From a virus (lineage: Duplodnaviria; Caudoviricetes): a stretch of DNA of 42,198 nucleotides. The notes beneath the pieces are model-generated. The model was not told where the DNA came from. It searched no databases and worked only from the letters and a program-made list of their open reading frames with translations. Below are positions 26,899-35,771 of this stretch, piece by piece (position 1 is the stretch's first letter; the number at the start of each line of letters is the position of its first letter). The translations under genes and the position numbers were made by a program. Where the stretch lies: the IMG/VR virus record IMGVR_UViG_3300048578_000205, positions 1 through 42,198 of that record; one strand, given 5' to 3'.

Positions 26899-29427
26899 TC
26901 AACGACGGTATCGCCACTCGCGTGGGGCGTCGCGCCCGCTTCCGATCCGACCTTGGTAGCGCTGCCAGCCTCGGGTCTTGAGATACGCCGTCACCCGCAT
27001 CTGGTCGGCTCGACCCCACCGCCCGATTTCGATACCCAGCGCGCCTTCAAGGATCTCGCCCACCGACACGTCGACCAGCGGGTTCGATCGCTCGGCCTCC
27101 TCGTCATGCCAGTCGTCGTAGTTGGCATAGCCATGGTTCACGCGGCGTCGCTCGAACACCAGCCAACGATCGATGCGGGCGTCCCAAGCGTCGGACTGGT
27201 AGCGCGCGTCCTGCTCGACACTGGCGGCGGTCATCAGAGCCGGATCATCAATCCACCAGATGGCACCGGCATTGAAACGGGCGACGGCTTCGGCCCATAG
27301 CTGGTCGCGGTCGCGGCGAAGAGCATCGAGATCGATCGTGCCGCAGCGTACCGGCCAGAAGCGGCGGTTGCCGGTCTCATCGCGCAGATAGGTCTCCGGA
27401 TTGACGCTGCCGGCGAACACGCACTGGCGCGGCACCTCGACGACATAGCGTTCGTAGGGTGGCCGGTAGCGATCGGTCGTACGAGTCAAAAATGCCTTGA
27501 TCCGAGACACTTCAGCTCGGCTGATGGCATCGAGTTCGGCGATCTCGATAATCCAGATGCCGCGCATCTGCTGGGCGGCGTCCTTGCTGCCGATTTCGGC
27601 CAGTTCGTCGGTGAACCACTCCGCGCCGGCAAGCAGTTTGATGGCGCTCGACTTCTTTGTCCCCTGCGGCCCTTCCAGGATCAGCATGTGGTCGGCTTTG
27701 ACGCCGGGCCGCATGATGCGGGCAACGGCCGAGATTGCCCAGAGCGCGCCGAAGGCGCGGTTGAGTGTCGTGTCAGCCGCGCCCAGATAAGTCAAAGTCC
27801 AGGCCTCGAGACGCGGAACCCCATCCCAGGCCAAGCCATTCAGATAATCGCGGACCGGATGGATCCGGATGTCACGCGCAACCGCTGCGACGCTGCGGCT
27901 GACAATGGGAGGGGCGACATTGATCTCACGGTGTTGCAGCCATTCGGCGCAACGCACATCGTCCGCATCGCTCCATGGACGCGGCAGGACACTGTGCTGG
28001 TCCCATGGCAGGGCTCGCGCGACCAGAATCTCCTGGCGGAACTCATCGAACAAGAGCGCGCCGGCGAAGGCCTCGTCGTTGGAGAGTGCAACGATGACGT
28101 TCGCTTCATTGCGCTCGGGCGTGCCGACGAGATCAAGACGCAGTTGGTTCGCCCAGCGCGGCCGAACCGGCCGGTGGTGGATGTTGCCGGTCGTGTTCAA
28201 GCGCCGACGCAGCTCGCTGATCTGCCTCTCCAGGATCGAAACAGCGATGCCGGTGGCGGTCTTTATCGCTGCCAATACCTGGCGCTCGGGCAGGGGTTCC
28301 AGCCGGGCCAAGACGAGTTGCCCGAGCAGACTGCCGAGAACCGTAAGATCAGGTGGGTTGCTCAGGGTGCGGGCGGCCGCTTCGAACTCTGAAGCAGTGC
28401 TCAGGACGGCCGGCGTGCTGACAGGCGCTGGCCCCGCCCCCTGGTAGTCGGCGGCCGTCGCGCCATGACGCAAATCATCGGCGAAGTCGTCGCCATGCAG
28501 CGGCGTGACAATCTCATTGGCGATGCCGGCGATATTGAGCCGGTCGGCCAGGGCGGCGGCGCCCTGTATGCCCGCTTCGCCGGCATCGGCGAAGATAGTG
28601 ACGCGGTTGATGCCGTCCGGCCATTGCCAACGTCGCAGTCCGTCGGCGGACAGCGCGGCCCATGCCGGCAAGCCGAAGATCATCGCCGCGGCCAGCGCCG
28701 TCTCGATACCCTCGGCGATCCCGAGATGGCGGTCTTCGCCTACGGGCAAGAGCCGAACCGAGCCGCCCGCAACGGTGCCGAGCATCTTCTTGCCCGGCGG
28801 GGCTTTGCCTGACCCGTCGTCGAGCAGATAGGTGCGATGGATGCCGCCGGTCGGCTCGCCGGTGCCGTTGCGGATTAGCGCCACCATGCCGGGCCAGCCG
28901 CGGCGGGTCTCGAAGTCGGCGAGGTCGGGATTGGAAAGGAGATCTGGGGAGGCCGGATCGCGCAGGAGACGGCCGTGCAGGTAGCGTTCGGCCGCTGAGC
29001 CGGCGAGCGGTGCGCAGCCGGCGAGGATGCGGGTAATCTCGTGGCTGTGGTCGGCCTTTGCCGAAACCGTAGACCGTGGCGGAGCCGGGCCGTCCAGACG
29101 CGCCCGCCGGGCCGCTTCCTCAAACAAGGCGGCACGAGTGAGACCCGTCGAATGATGAATCAGGTCGATCGGACCGGCGCATTCGCCGGTCGCGTGATCG
29201 TAGCCCCAGCCGGCGCGCGGGCCGCGTAAATGAATGACGCAGGAGCCCTCATTGCGCGGCGGCCGGCCGGACAGATCGGCACAGCGCAGAGATTTGCGGT
29301 CGGCGGACAGGCGCGCCTGCGGAAACAGCGACGGCAGCCAGTCTGGCGCGGTGGCGGCAAGTCGCTCGCGCACTTCGTCGAGGTCGTACCGAACCGGTGG
29401 TTGCCAGACGTCGTTGAGATCGATCAT
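26899..29427 (-). CDS. Toprim primase fused to VapE-family helicase/ATPase
   Basis: GIHRTYL, GIAEGIETAL, IFADAG (Toprim); LILEGPQGTKKS, IEIAELD, YLRDETGNRRFWP (VirE/VapE). Confidence 0.93.
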   Translation of the reverse strand: MIDLNDVWQPPVRYDLDEVRERLAATAPDWLPSLFPQARLSADRKSLRCADLSGRPPRNEGSCVIHLRGPRAGWGYDHATGECAGPIDLIHHSTGLTRAALFEEAARRARLDGPAPPRSTVSAKADHSHEITRILAGCAPLAGSAAERYLHGRLLRDPASPDLLSNPDLADFETRRGWPGMVALIRNGTGEPTGGIHRTYLLDDGSGKAPPGKKMLGTVAGGSVRLLPVGEDRHLGIAEGIETALAAAMIFGLPAWAALSADGLRRWQWPDGINRVTIFADAGEAGIQGAAALADRLNIAGIANEIVTPLHGDDFADDLRHGATAADYQGAGPAPVSTPAVLSTASEFEAAARTLSNPPDLTVLGSLLGQLVLARLEPLPERQVLAAIKTATGIAVSILERQISELRRRLNTTGNIHHRPVRPRWANQLRLDLVGTPERNEANVIVALSNDEAFAGALLFDEFRQEILVARALPWDQHSVLPRPWSDADDVRCAEWLQHREINVAPPIVSRSVAAVARDIRIHPVRDYLNGLAWDGVPRLEAWTLTYLGAADTTLNRAFGALWAISAVARIMRPGVKADHMLILEGPQGTKKSSAIKLLAGAEWFTDELAEIGSKDAAQQMRGIWIIEIAELDAISRAEVSRIKAFLTRTTDRYRPPYERYVVEVPRQCVFAGSVNPETYLRDETGNRRFWPVRCGTIDLDALRRDRDQLWAEAVARFNAGAIWWIDDPALMTAASVEQDARYQSDAWDARIDRWLVFERRRVNHGYANYDDWHDEEAERSNPLVDVSVGEILEGALGIEIGRWGRADQMRVTAYLKTRGWQRYQGRIGSGRDAPREWRYRR

Positions 29428-29437
29428 GCATGATCCC

Positions 29438-30760
29438 TCAACCAAGGATCACAAGCCCGCGTTCGGCGCGAGTAATGACGGTGTAGAGCCAACGACGGCG
29501 ATCGAGTTCCGAGCGGCCGAGGCCGTCGTCCCACACGATCACGTTTTCCCATTGTGAGCCCTGCGACTTGTGCCCTGTAATCGCCCAGCCGAATGTCGCC
29601 TCGGTCAATAGCCTCTTCTCTTTCCAGTCGCGGTCATGACGATGCTTGTCGAATGCGATGTGGTCCTCGAAGTGACCCTTGTAGATACGCAGACGCCCGG
29701 GTTTGCCGTCAGGGCTGGGAGTACCGATCTGGTTGCCCTCCTCATCGGTGACTGTGGCTGAAAAGTAGAGGCTGCCCTCGTCGACGATGTCGTCCAGGGT
29801 GACGAACATGCCGTTGATCAGACCAAGATCGTTCTGGTTCTTCAGGCAGATGATTTTCTCGCCATTACCGGTCGGCAGCCACCCATCATCATATCCAGCG
29901 GCTCGGCGCATGGCGTTGTTGAGCTGCATCCTCGTCGCGTTCATGCCGCAGATGACCTGACCGCCGCGTAGCGCCTGTTCCGGCGTCACTTCCTGCTTGC
30001 GCATTTTCCACACAAAGGTGTCGTACTGGCCAAAACCGATCGGCTCGCCCTGCCGCGCCATGGTGGCGAGCCGTATGATGGCGCTCTCGCGCGCCTGCCG
30101 GTGGATCTCGGTCAGCATGATATCCGGCGCGTCCTTGGTGAACGCCCCATCGCCCTTGATCGGCGGGAGCTGGCCGGGATCGCCGAGGACCAGAATCGGC
30201 TTACCGAAGCTCATCAGGTCGCGGGCCATCTCTTCGCCAACCATCGACACCTCGTCGAGCACAATCAGCCGGGCGTGTGCCGCGTCGCTTTGCGGATTGA
30301 GCGCAAAGCGTGGCTTCTTCATCGCCGACAGTGCCTGCCGCATAGCCTCGATCGCAGCCTCCGCGGCGGTGCGCTCAAATCCTGCGAGCCGACGAGCCGC
30401 CTTCTCGGCTTCTTCAATCTTCCCGGCCGCCGCCGCGACTTCCTCCTCGGTCGCCTCAATGACGCTGTAAATCAGACTGTGAATGGTCCGGGCCGGGGTG
30501 CCTTTCCGGCGCAGCACCAGCGCCGCCTTTCCGGTGAAGGTGGCGGTGACGACGCCAGGCACGCACTCGCCGCCGTCACGGTTGCTCTTATGCGATTCGA
30601 GCCCGAGTTCATTGAGTACATAGCGCAGGATGGTGCTCTTGCCGCATCCGGCATAACCGAAGATTCGTGCCACCTGCTTCTGGCATGTCTCGTTCTTGAA
30701 CCAATGAATAATGCGCTTGACGCCAGCCCATTGCTGGTCGGTGAGCGTGATATCGGTCAT
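29438..30760 (-). CDS. RecD/Dda-like superfamily 1 helicase
   Basis: GYAGCGKS, VLDEVSMV, LGDPGQLPP, EIHRQ, AITGHKSQGSQW, YTVITRA. Confidence 0.93.
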   Translation of the reverse strand: MTDITLTDQQWAGVKRIIHWFKNETCQKQVARIFGYAGCGKSTILRYVLNELGLESHKSNRDGGECVPGVVTATFTGKAALVLRRKGTPARTIHSLIYSVIEATEEEVAAAAGKIEEAEKAARRLAGFERTAAEAAIEAMRQALSAMKKPRFALNPQSDAAHARLIVLDEVSMVGEEMARDLMSFGKPILVLGDPGQLPPIKGDGAFTKDAPDIMLTEIHRQARESAIIRLATMARQGEPIGFGQYDTFVWKMRKQEVTPEQALRGGQVICGMNATRMQLNNAMRRAAGYDDGWLPTGNGEKIICLKNQNDLGLINGMFVTLDDIVDEGSLYFSATVTDEEGNQIGTPSPDGKPGRLRIYKGHFEDHIAFDKHRHDRDWKEKRLLTEATFGWAITGHKSQGSQWENVIVWDDGLGRSELDRRRWLYTVITRAERGLVILG

Positions 30761-31350
30761 GCCGAACTCCTTTCGACATGCGTCCACGTCCGACCCTTGG
30801 CAATGCTGTAAATAGTCTCCTTTCTCACTCCAAACATCCGCGCGATGCATGCTCCGCATAGACCGAGTTCGAGGTGCCGCCTGATGTTGATCACGTCAGC
30901 TTCCGATAGCACCGCAGAGGAGTTAGCTTCGCCAGGCTGCGCACCGCGCTGGCTCACCTCGTGAGTTCGCCCGCGATTGAGCTTCGCGTCACGCGCGTTC
31001 TGATGACGGTCTCCCCAATACAAGTTCGAAGGGTAATTGTAGGTCGGATTATCATCATGGTGCAGAACCATCGCGCCTTCGAACGGCGGAGGACCGACGA
31101 AAGCAATAGCCACGAGTCGGTGCACGAACTGCTTTCTTGCGCGACGAGCCTCGTCGGTAAGCATGACAAAGAGGTGTCCGCTGTAAGCTTGTCCAGGGCA
31201 GAGGATGTGCCCGGCGACCCAGCGGCCCTTTGTATAACGCCGACGCACGCGACCGCGGTCACTCACCTCGTAGGCAGGAAATCCAGAGATGGATTGCCAT
31301 TCCTCATCATCGGGCTTTATAGGCGCAGCCGGCGCGAGCGATTCTGTCAT
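30757..31350 (-). CDS. NUMOD4-HNH homing endonuclease
   Basis: EEWQSISGFPAYEVSDRGRVR, FVHRLVA.AF...VLHHDDNPTYN.PSNLYWG, C-terminal HTH; AT-richer codons. Confidence 0.9.
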   Translation of the reverse strand: MTESLAPAAPIKPDDEEWQSISGFPAYEVSDRGRVRRRYTKGRWVAGHILCPGQAYSGHLFVMLTDEARRARKQFVHRLVAIAFVGPPPFEGAMVLHHDDNPTYNYPSNLYWGDRHQNARDAKLNRGRTHEVSQRGAQPGEANSSAVLSEADVINIRRHLELGLCGACIARMFGVRKETIYSIAKGRTWTHVERSSA

Positions 31351-32150
31351 CGCGCCCTCCAACAGCGGTCCTGCCAGGGGCATGGCGGATACCAATCGCC
31401 GCCGGTTCTGCCACCGCGACAAATGGCCGAACTTCTGTCGCTGGCGGCGCGCGGCAGCAGTTCCTGTGCATCGCTGGCCTGCACCACTTGCACCGCCTTA
31501 TCGCTCATCGACTGCGCGAGGGCCGCATCGAACGGCACGAGCTCCGCGTGCAGTTCCCAGGTGTCGCGGTTGAGCGCGGTGAACAGCGCCGGATTCTGCA
31601 GATCAAGATAGGCTTGGTAGAGCGCGATCTGCGCGGCGTAGATCGGCTTTGAAAGCACAACGCCTTTCTTGACGACTTCCTTCCAGGACGCGGCCCCAAG
31701 CGCCTTGGTTTCCCACAGCGCGGGGAATTCCATGTCGAGCGCGCCGCCGAGCAGGCAGCCGTCGATGTGGCCCTTAAAGCGACCGTCGAGCGCCGAGAAA
31801 CCGAACTGGCGGCCATCCGATCGCTGCGTGCGAAGGTTAAATCCCGCGCCGCGCAGCCACGCCGCCACAATGTCCTCGCCACGATGGCCGGCCTCGAAGA
31901 TGCGCAGCGTTTTCGGCTCGAACTCACCGCCCTGATCTTTCAGGGCGGCGAGGTAATCGAATTGGATTTGCCGCAGGCACTCGCGCCCAAGCCCGGACGT
32001 GCTGACATAATGTCGCGGCGCCTGAGCGCGGTTGCGCGCGACCAGCACGCCATCGATTGCCGCGTTGATAGCAATCGCGATACCGGGTGCTCGGCTCGGG
32101 CCCTCGTATTGGCAGCCGGATTGATGGTTGAGGTCGATCAGATGCTGCAT
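31347..32150 (-). CDS. Cas4-like PD-(D/E)xK exonuclease (phage solo type)
   Basis: S.LGREC.RQ, GHIDG, WETK, Y.AQIALYQ and three C-terminal Cys (Fe-S). Confidence 0.85.
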   Translation of the reverse strand: MQHLIDLNHQSGCQYEGPSRAPGIAIAINAAIDGVLVARNRAQAPRHYVSTSGLGRECLRQIQFDYLAALKDQGGEFEPKTLRIFEAGHRGEDIVAAWLRGAGFNLRTQRSDGRQFGFSALDGRFKGHIDGCLLGGALDMEFPALWETKALGAASWKEVVKKGVVLSKPIYAAQIALYQAYLDLQNPALFTALNRDTWELHAELVPFDAALAQSMSDKAVQVVQASDAQELLPRAASDRSSAICRGGRTGGDWYPPCPWQDRCWRAR

Positions 32151-32359
32151 TCGCCGCGCTCCCAAAAGCCGCCGGCCAGCGCGATACAACGCAGTTTGTG
32201 TTCCTGCGCTGATGTCAGCATGATGCGATCGCCATAAAGGCTCATTCTCTCGCGCAGGCTCGCGCAGAACTCGATCTCGAAATCCGTCTCGGCGTTGGCC
32301 TCAGCCGCTTTGAGCAATGCCTGCAGATCCGGGCCGTCGTGGTTCAGGTCGATGGTCAT
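32138..32359 (-). CDS. Small hypothetical protein
   Basis: AGGAGG RBS; 73 aa MTIDLNHDG... Confidence 0.7.
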   Translation of the reverse strand: MTIDLNHDGPDLQALLKAAEANAETDFEIEFCASLRERMSLYGDRIMLTSAQEHKLRCIALAGGFWERGECSI

Positions 32360-32368
32360 GGCACCCTC

Positions 32369-32740
32369 CTAAAATGGAATCGGGTCGTCGAACGCGGTGC
32401 CGGTTCGCTCGGGCGTGGAAGCCTGGCGCTGCATGCTCTCGACGTAACCGGTCACCGCCGCCTCGATCAGACGGTCGATCTCCGCAGCGGTGCGGTGGTA
32501 GAAGTGGTCCATCAGGCCGAGTTCGTTCAGCGTCTCGGCAAAAGGGAGGCGGGCATCCTTCATTGCCTGCGTCTCCCGCGCGGTCTTATCGATCATCCCT
32601 CGGTTCCTCTTGGCGATTTCGGCTCCGGCCGCGAGGCAGCGCGTCGAGCAGAAAGCGAAGGTCGGATATCGGTCCGGACGCAGCAGATGGGTGTAGTAGA
32701 AGCCGCGGTTCGCTCGGGTGCAGATGGCGCAAACTCTCAT
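32369..32740 (-). CDS. DUF6511-type protein with N-terminal Zn-finger and SSB-like acidic tail
   Basis: CAIC...FCSTRC; MIDKT.RE..AM; ends FDDPIPF. Confidence 0.8.
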   Translation of the reverse strand: MRVCAICTRANRGFYYTHLLRPDRYPTFAFCSTRCLAAGAEIAKRNRGMIDKTARETQAMKDARLPFAETLNELGLMDHFYHRTAAEIDRLIEAAVTGYVESMQRQASTPERTGTAFDDPIPF

Positions 32741-32967
32741 GCCAACAGTATCGAGAGCTTCCGCGACCCGGGCTCGTCGGGCTTTTCCGCCACCCGCCGT
32801 GACGACAACACGATGAAGCTGCTGATCGCGTTCTGCGCCATGGCCTCGAGCTCCGGCATGGTCAAACAACGGATGGGCTGGTTGAGCCTTCCTCGTCCTT
32901 CGAGCCATTCGCCAATCGCCTTCGCGGCTTCACGCGTGACATGGGCCTGCCACTCGTCGTCCGTCAT
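32737..32967 (-). CDS. Small conserved phage protein
   Basis: MTDDEWQAHVTREAAKAIGEWLEGRG; 4-bp overlaps with both neighbours. Confidence 0.75.
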   Translation of the reverse strand: MTDDEWQAHVTREAAKAIGEWLEGRGRLNQPIRCLTMPELEAMAQNAISSFIVLSSRRVAEKPDEPGSRKLSILLA

Positions 32968-33671
32968 GTGTTGAGCCAGGCCGGACCGGGCGCGGGAGCA
33001 CCCTGAGGTGGGTTGGTCGCAGCCTCGTTGGCCCATGGCACGCCGGTTGGCGCCGGCGGCGAGTTAGGCGCGCCCCAAGCGGGGGCCTGCTGCGCGGCGG
33101 CGGCCGGCGTCTTGCGAGGCTTGGCATTGACCGGTTCGGGTTGCACGTTCTCGCCACGCATGACGGATGCATATTGCGGCTCGCTTGGTAGAACCACGTT
33201 GGCGAGTTTGTTGGCGTCCTTGTATTGCGGGTCCGACGTCGGCTCGACCATGATACGGGCGACAAACACGATGCCGTCGAGTTGTTTGAGGCCCTGGATC
33301 ACGCGCTTCTGCTTGGCGGCCGGGCTTTCATCGCGGGGATCGAGACCGAGCGCACTGTCGACCATGGCGCGGAACGCGCTCTTCGAGATATTCCAGCCTT
33401 TCGACTGTCCTTTCTCGTCGAGCTTGCCGCCCGCGACCGTAAAGTTTTGCCAGAACTTGCGCCTGGCGTGGACGCCGGCGACCACCGTGAATTCGCAGTC
33501 GAGCATTTTGGCGTCGCTCGACTGCGAGGCCTTGAGCAGACCCGCATCCATGGGGGTCGATCCATTCACGCCACCGGGGCGAATTGTCATTTTCACCTTG
33601 GCGAAGGTTCCGTCCGGCATCAGCTCGCCCACGGGAGCCATTTGTGGTTGGGCATCATTGAGGTCGTACAT
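32964..33671 (-). CDS. Phage single-stranded DNA-binding-like protein (DUF669-like OB fold)
   Basis: LDCEFTVV.G.HARRKFW; Pro/Ala-rich tail ending PAW; follows the Sak4-like ATPase. Confidence 0.75.
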   Translation of the reverse strand: MYDLNDAQPQMAPVGELMPDGTFAKVKMTIRPGGVNGSTPMDAGLLKASQSSDAKMLDCEFTVVAGVHARRKFWQNFTVAGGKLDEKGQSKGWNISKSAFRAMVDSALGLDPRDESPAAKQKRVIQGLKQLDGIVFVARIMVEPTSDPQYKDANKLANVVLPSEPQYASVMRGENVQPEPVNAKPRKTPAAAAQQAPAWGAPNSPPAPTGVPWANEAATNPPQGAPAPGPAWLNT

Positions 33672-33697
33672 ATCCGTCTCCTTTGCTGAGATTTCGA

Positions 33698-34552
33698 TCA
33701 GGCCGCGTAAACTTGGCGGCCGGCTGCATTATTGATCTTGGCGAGCAGCACACCGAGATCCGGTGCTTCGGTGATGTCGAGCCGACCGCTGCGATCCTTG
33801 GCCGGCAGGCCGAAAGGATTGCCGGCGCGGCAGACCAACCGGCGTTCGCTGGCTCTCTCGTCGAGCACGTAACCGCCCTCGGCATCGCGGGAGAACAAGT
33901 GAAGCGAGATCACCTGATCGACGATGCCGGGTAATTCGCGGCCCGCCTTGGAGCCCTCCATCTGCGGCTGCCAGATCGTGACGTTGAGCTCATCGGTGAT
34001 TTTTTCCAGCACACCGACGAAGATCACGGTCTTGCCGACTGCATGCTGCAGGTGCTTGAGCGCCTGGATGACCTCCCGCCCGAGCAGGCCGTAGGCGCCA
34101 CGCACGTCGGGTTTTCCGGTGCGCTCGGAAATCGCTTCGGGTTGTTGGCGGGCATAGACCATCACCTGGCGAGTGAGATCCGTAATGCTGTCGACGAAGA
34201 TGATCGACTTCGATCCCAAGAATTCCTCGATGCCGCTGCCGGCATAAACGTTGCGGGCGTGCTGGTGATGCTGCGCGCTGTACCAGGCGTTGGAATCGGC
34301 GGCGGGATCCGGCCCGCCAATGAGAACCGCAAGGTCGCGGAAGTCGACGAAGCTGCGTATCGGAATGCTGGTGCCGGGCCAATCCTGCACCGACTTCATG
34401 CCGGCCTCGAGATCGAGGCAGACGGTCTGATCAGGCGGTAACGTTTTTAGCAGCGACGTTTTTCCAGCACCGGGTGGGCCGAAGATGGCGAGTGAAGTCT
34501 TGTTGTACGCCGCCGACAATCGTTCGTCGGCAGTCACGATGCGGATCGCCAT
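33698..34552 (-). CDS. AAA_24/Sak4-like ATPase (single-strand annealing recombinase)
   Basis: GPPGAGKT, LDLEAG, FVDSIT, LPGIVD and AKDRSG motifs. Confidence 0.9.
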   Translation of the reverse strand: MAIRIVTADERLSAAYNKTSLAIFGPPGAGKTSLLKTLPPDQTVCLDLEAGMKSVQDWPGTSIPIRSFVDFRDLAVLIGGPDPAADSNAWYSAQHHQHARNVYAGSGIEEFLGSKSIIFVDSITDLTRQVMVYARQQPEAISERTGKPDVRGAYGLLGREVIQALKHLQHAVGKTVIFVGVLEKITDELNVTIWQPQMEGSKAGRELPGIVDQVISLHLFSRDAEGGYVLDERASERRLVCRAGNPFGLPAKDRSGRLDITEAPDLGVLLAKINNAAGRQVYAA

Positions 34553-34615
34553 TGCGGCCTCCTTTGCATGTCGGGGTTGTCAGCCGAAGGTTTGAGGTGC
34601 GGTCGGGTCGGATGA

Positions 34616-34681
34616 CGGCGGGACGTTGACCGGGCGCCGAAGGGTTGCCTGCCCGTCCTTGCGGAGTGGGCCGCCCCGCCG
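34616..34681 (-). ncRNA. Candidate structured cis-RNA (three-way junction with GCAA- and UUCG-containing loops)
   Basis: CGGCGGGGCG pairs with CGUCCCGCCG, enclosing GCCC..UCC-GCAA-GGA.GGGC and GGC...C-UUCG-G...GCC hairpins. Confidence 0.45.
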
Positions 34682-34686
34682 CTGTT

Positions 34687-35175
34687 TCAGCGATCTGGTT
34701 TGAGCGTCAGTAGGAAGGTTGCTTTGCCGGCCCTGACCGTGCGGGCCGGCGCGAAGGCAGCGCGGATGCGCTCTGGCCAAGCGGTGAATTTGCGCTCGGG
34801 AACCTTGTAGGCGAGGTCGATGTATTCGGCCGGGTCATCGCCAGCGGCGCGGATACGCTCGACCACGTTCGCGAGCGTTTTCTGATCCCAATCGACGCGC
34901 TTGGGCAGTTCGGCGATGACGGTGACGTTGCCATCATCGAAGCGGACCGTGCCGGTGTCCTTGCTCTCGGCTCGGCGGACCGCTTGCGCCCGATCGGTGT
35001 AGCGCAGCGCGATCGCGGCGGCGATCCATTCGGCAGTGGTCTTTGCGGCCGCCAATGCGGCTTCGGCATCTTCTTGCAAGAGAACCAGATGGTCTGCCGG
35101 CAGCGCAGCGATCTCGCCGATCGGCATGGTTCGGGCATCGACGAGACGCAGGCGATTGCTGTGAGTGATCGTCAT
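34687..35175 (-). CDS. Conserved phage protein (Gam/Gp157-like) preceding the Sak4-like ATPase
   Basis: KDTGTVRF.DG, LPKRVDWDQ..L, KVPERKF.AWP motifs. Confidence 0.75.
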   Translation of the reverse strand: MTITHSNRLRLVDARTMPIGEIAALPADHLVLLQEDAEAALAAAKTTAEWIAAAIALRYTDRAQAVRRAESKDTGTVRFDDGNVTVIAELPKRVDWDQKTLANVVERIRAAGDDPAEYIDLAYKVPERKFTAWPERIRAAFAPARTVRAGKATFLLTLKPDR

Positions 35176-35507
35176 TGCGCAACCTCCGTCATGAGTAAAG
35201 CCAATTTTGCCGACATCTTCTTCGACCGGACGCGGGCGACGGCGAGGTAACTGAACCGACCGGACCCGATCCGGCGCTGCAGCGGGTGCACCAAATCGCG
35301 GTCGACGAGTTGCATAACCATGCGCGCCAGCCCCTCGAGTCTCAGGCGCTCTTGTTCACTCAGCCTGGACGAGCAGCGCAAACGATCGAGGGAGACAAAG
35401 CCACGGTGATATTCGAGGACATCGCCGGCTTGTGCTTGGGTGAGCCAGGCAAGAAGATCGACCTGGATCATTGGCCGAGGCGCGCTGTCGAAGGAGACGA
35501 AGCTCAT
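35172..35507 (-). CDS. Conserved phage hypothetical protein
   Basis: AWL.QA.AGD.LEYHRGF..LDR, LVH..QRR...FSYLAVAR; 4-bp overlaps. Confidence 0.75.
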   Translation of the reverse strand: MSFVSFDSAPRPMIQVDLLAWLTQAQAGDVLEYHRGFVSLDRLRCSSRLSEQERLRLEGLARMVMQLVDRDLVHPLQRRIGSGRFSYLAVARVRSKKMSAKLALLMTEVAQ

Positions 35508-35722
35508 TGCGCACCTGCGTCGACTTGACAGGCTGATATCGAAGGACTGCACCAGCGCGCCGCCTCGAAGGCTTCAATGTCTTTGACGCGATAGAGGATC
35601 CGACCACCGAGCCTCAGATATGCCGGCCCCTGAGCTTCATGCCGCCAACGCTCAAGCGTGCGGTGGCTCATGCCCCAGCGTCGGGCAAGATGTTTCTCGC
35701 TGAGATATTCGAACCGTTCCAT
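35504..35722 (-). CDS. Excisionase/AlpA-like HTH DNA-binding protein
   Basis: LSEKHLARRWGMSHRTLERWR..QGPAYLRLGGRILYRVKDIEAFE. Confidence 0.88.
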   Translation of the reverse strand: MERFEYLSEKHLARRWGMSHRTLERWRHEAQGPAYLRLGGRILYRVKDIEAFEAARWCSPSISACQVDAGAQ

Positions 35723-35771
35723 CGACCCGCTCACGCTCCCGATCTCGAATGCGAGGACAATCGGTCATCGA

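Noticed and set aside
34616-34690. Hammerhead ribozyme or intrinsic terminator interpretation of the three-way junction
   Set aside because: No CUGANGA/GAAA core in the junction and no U-tract after the stem
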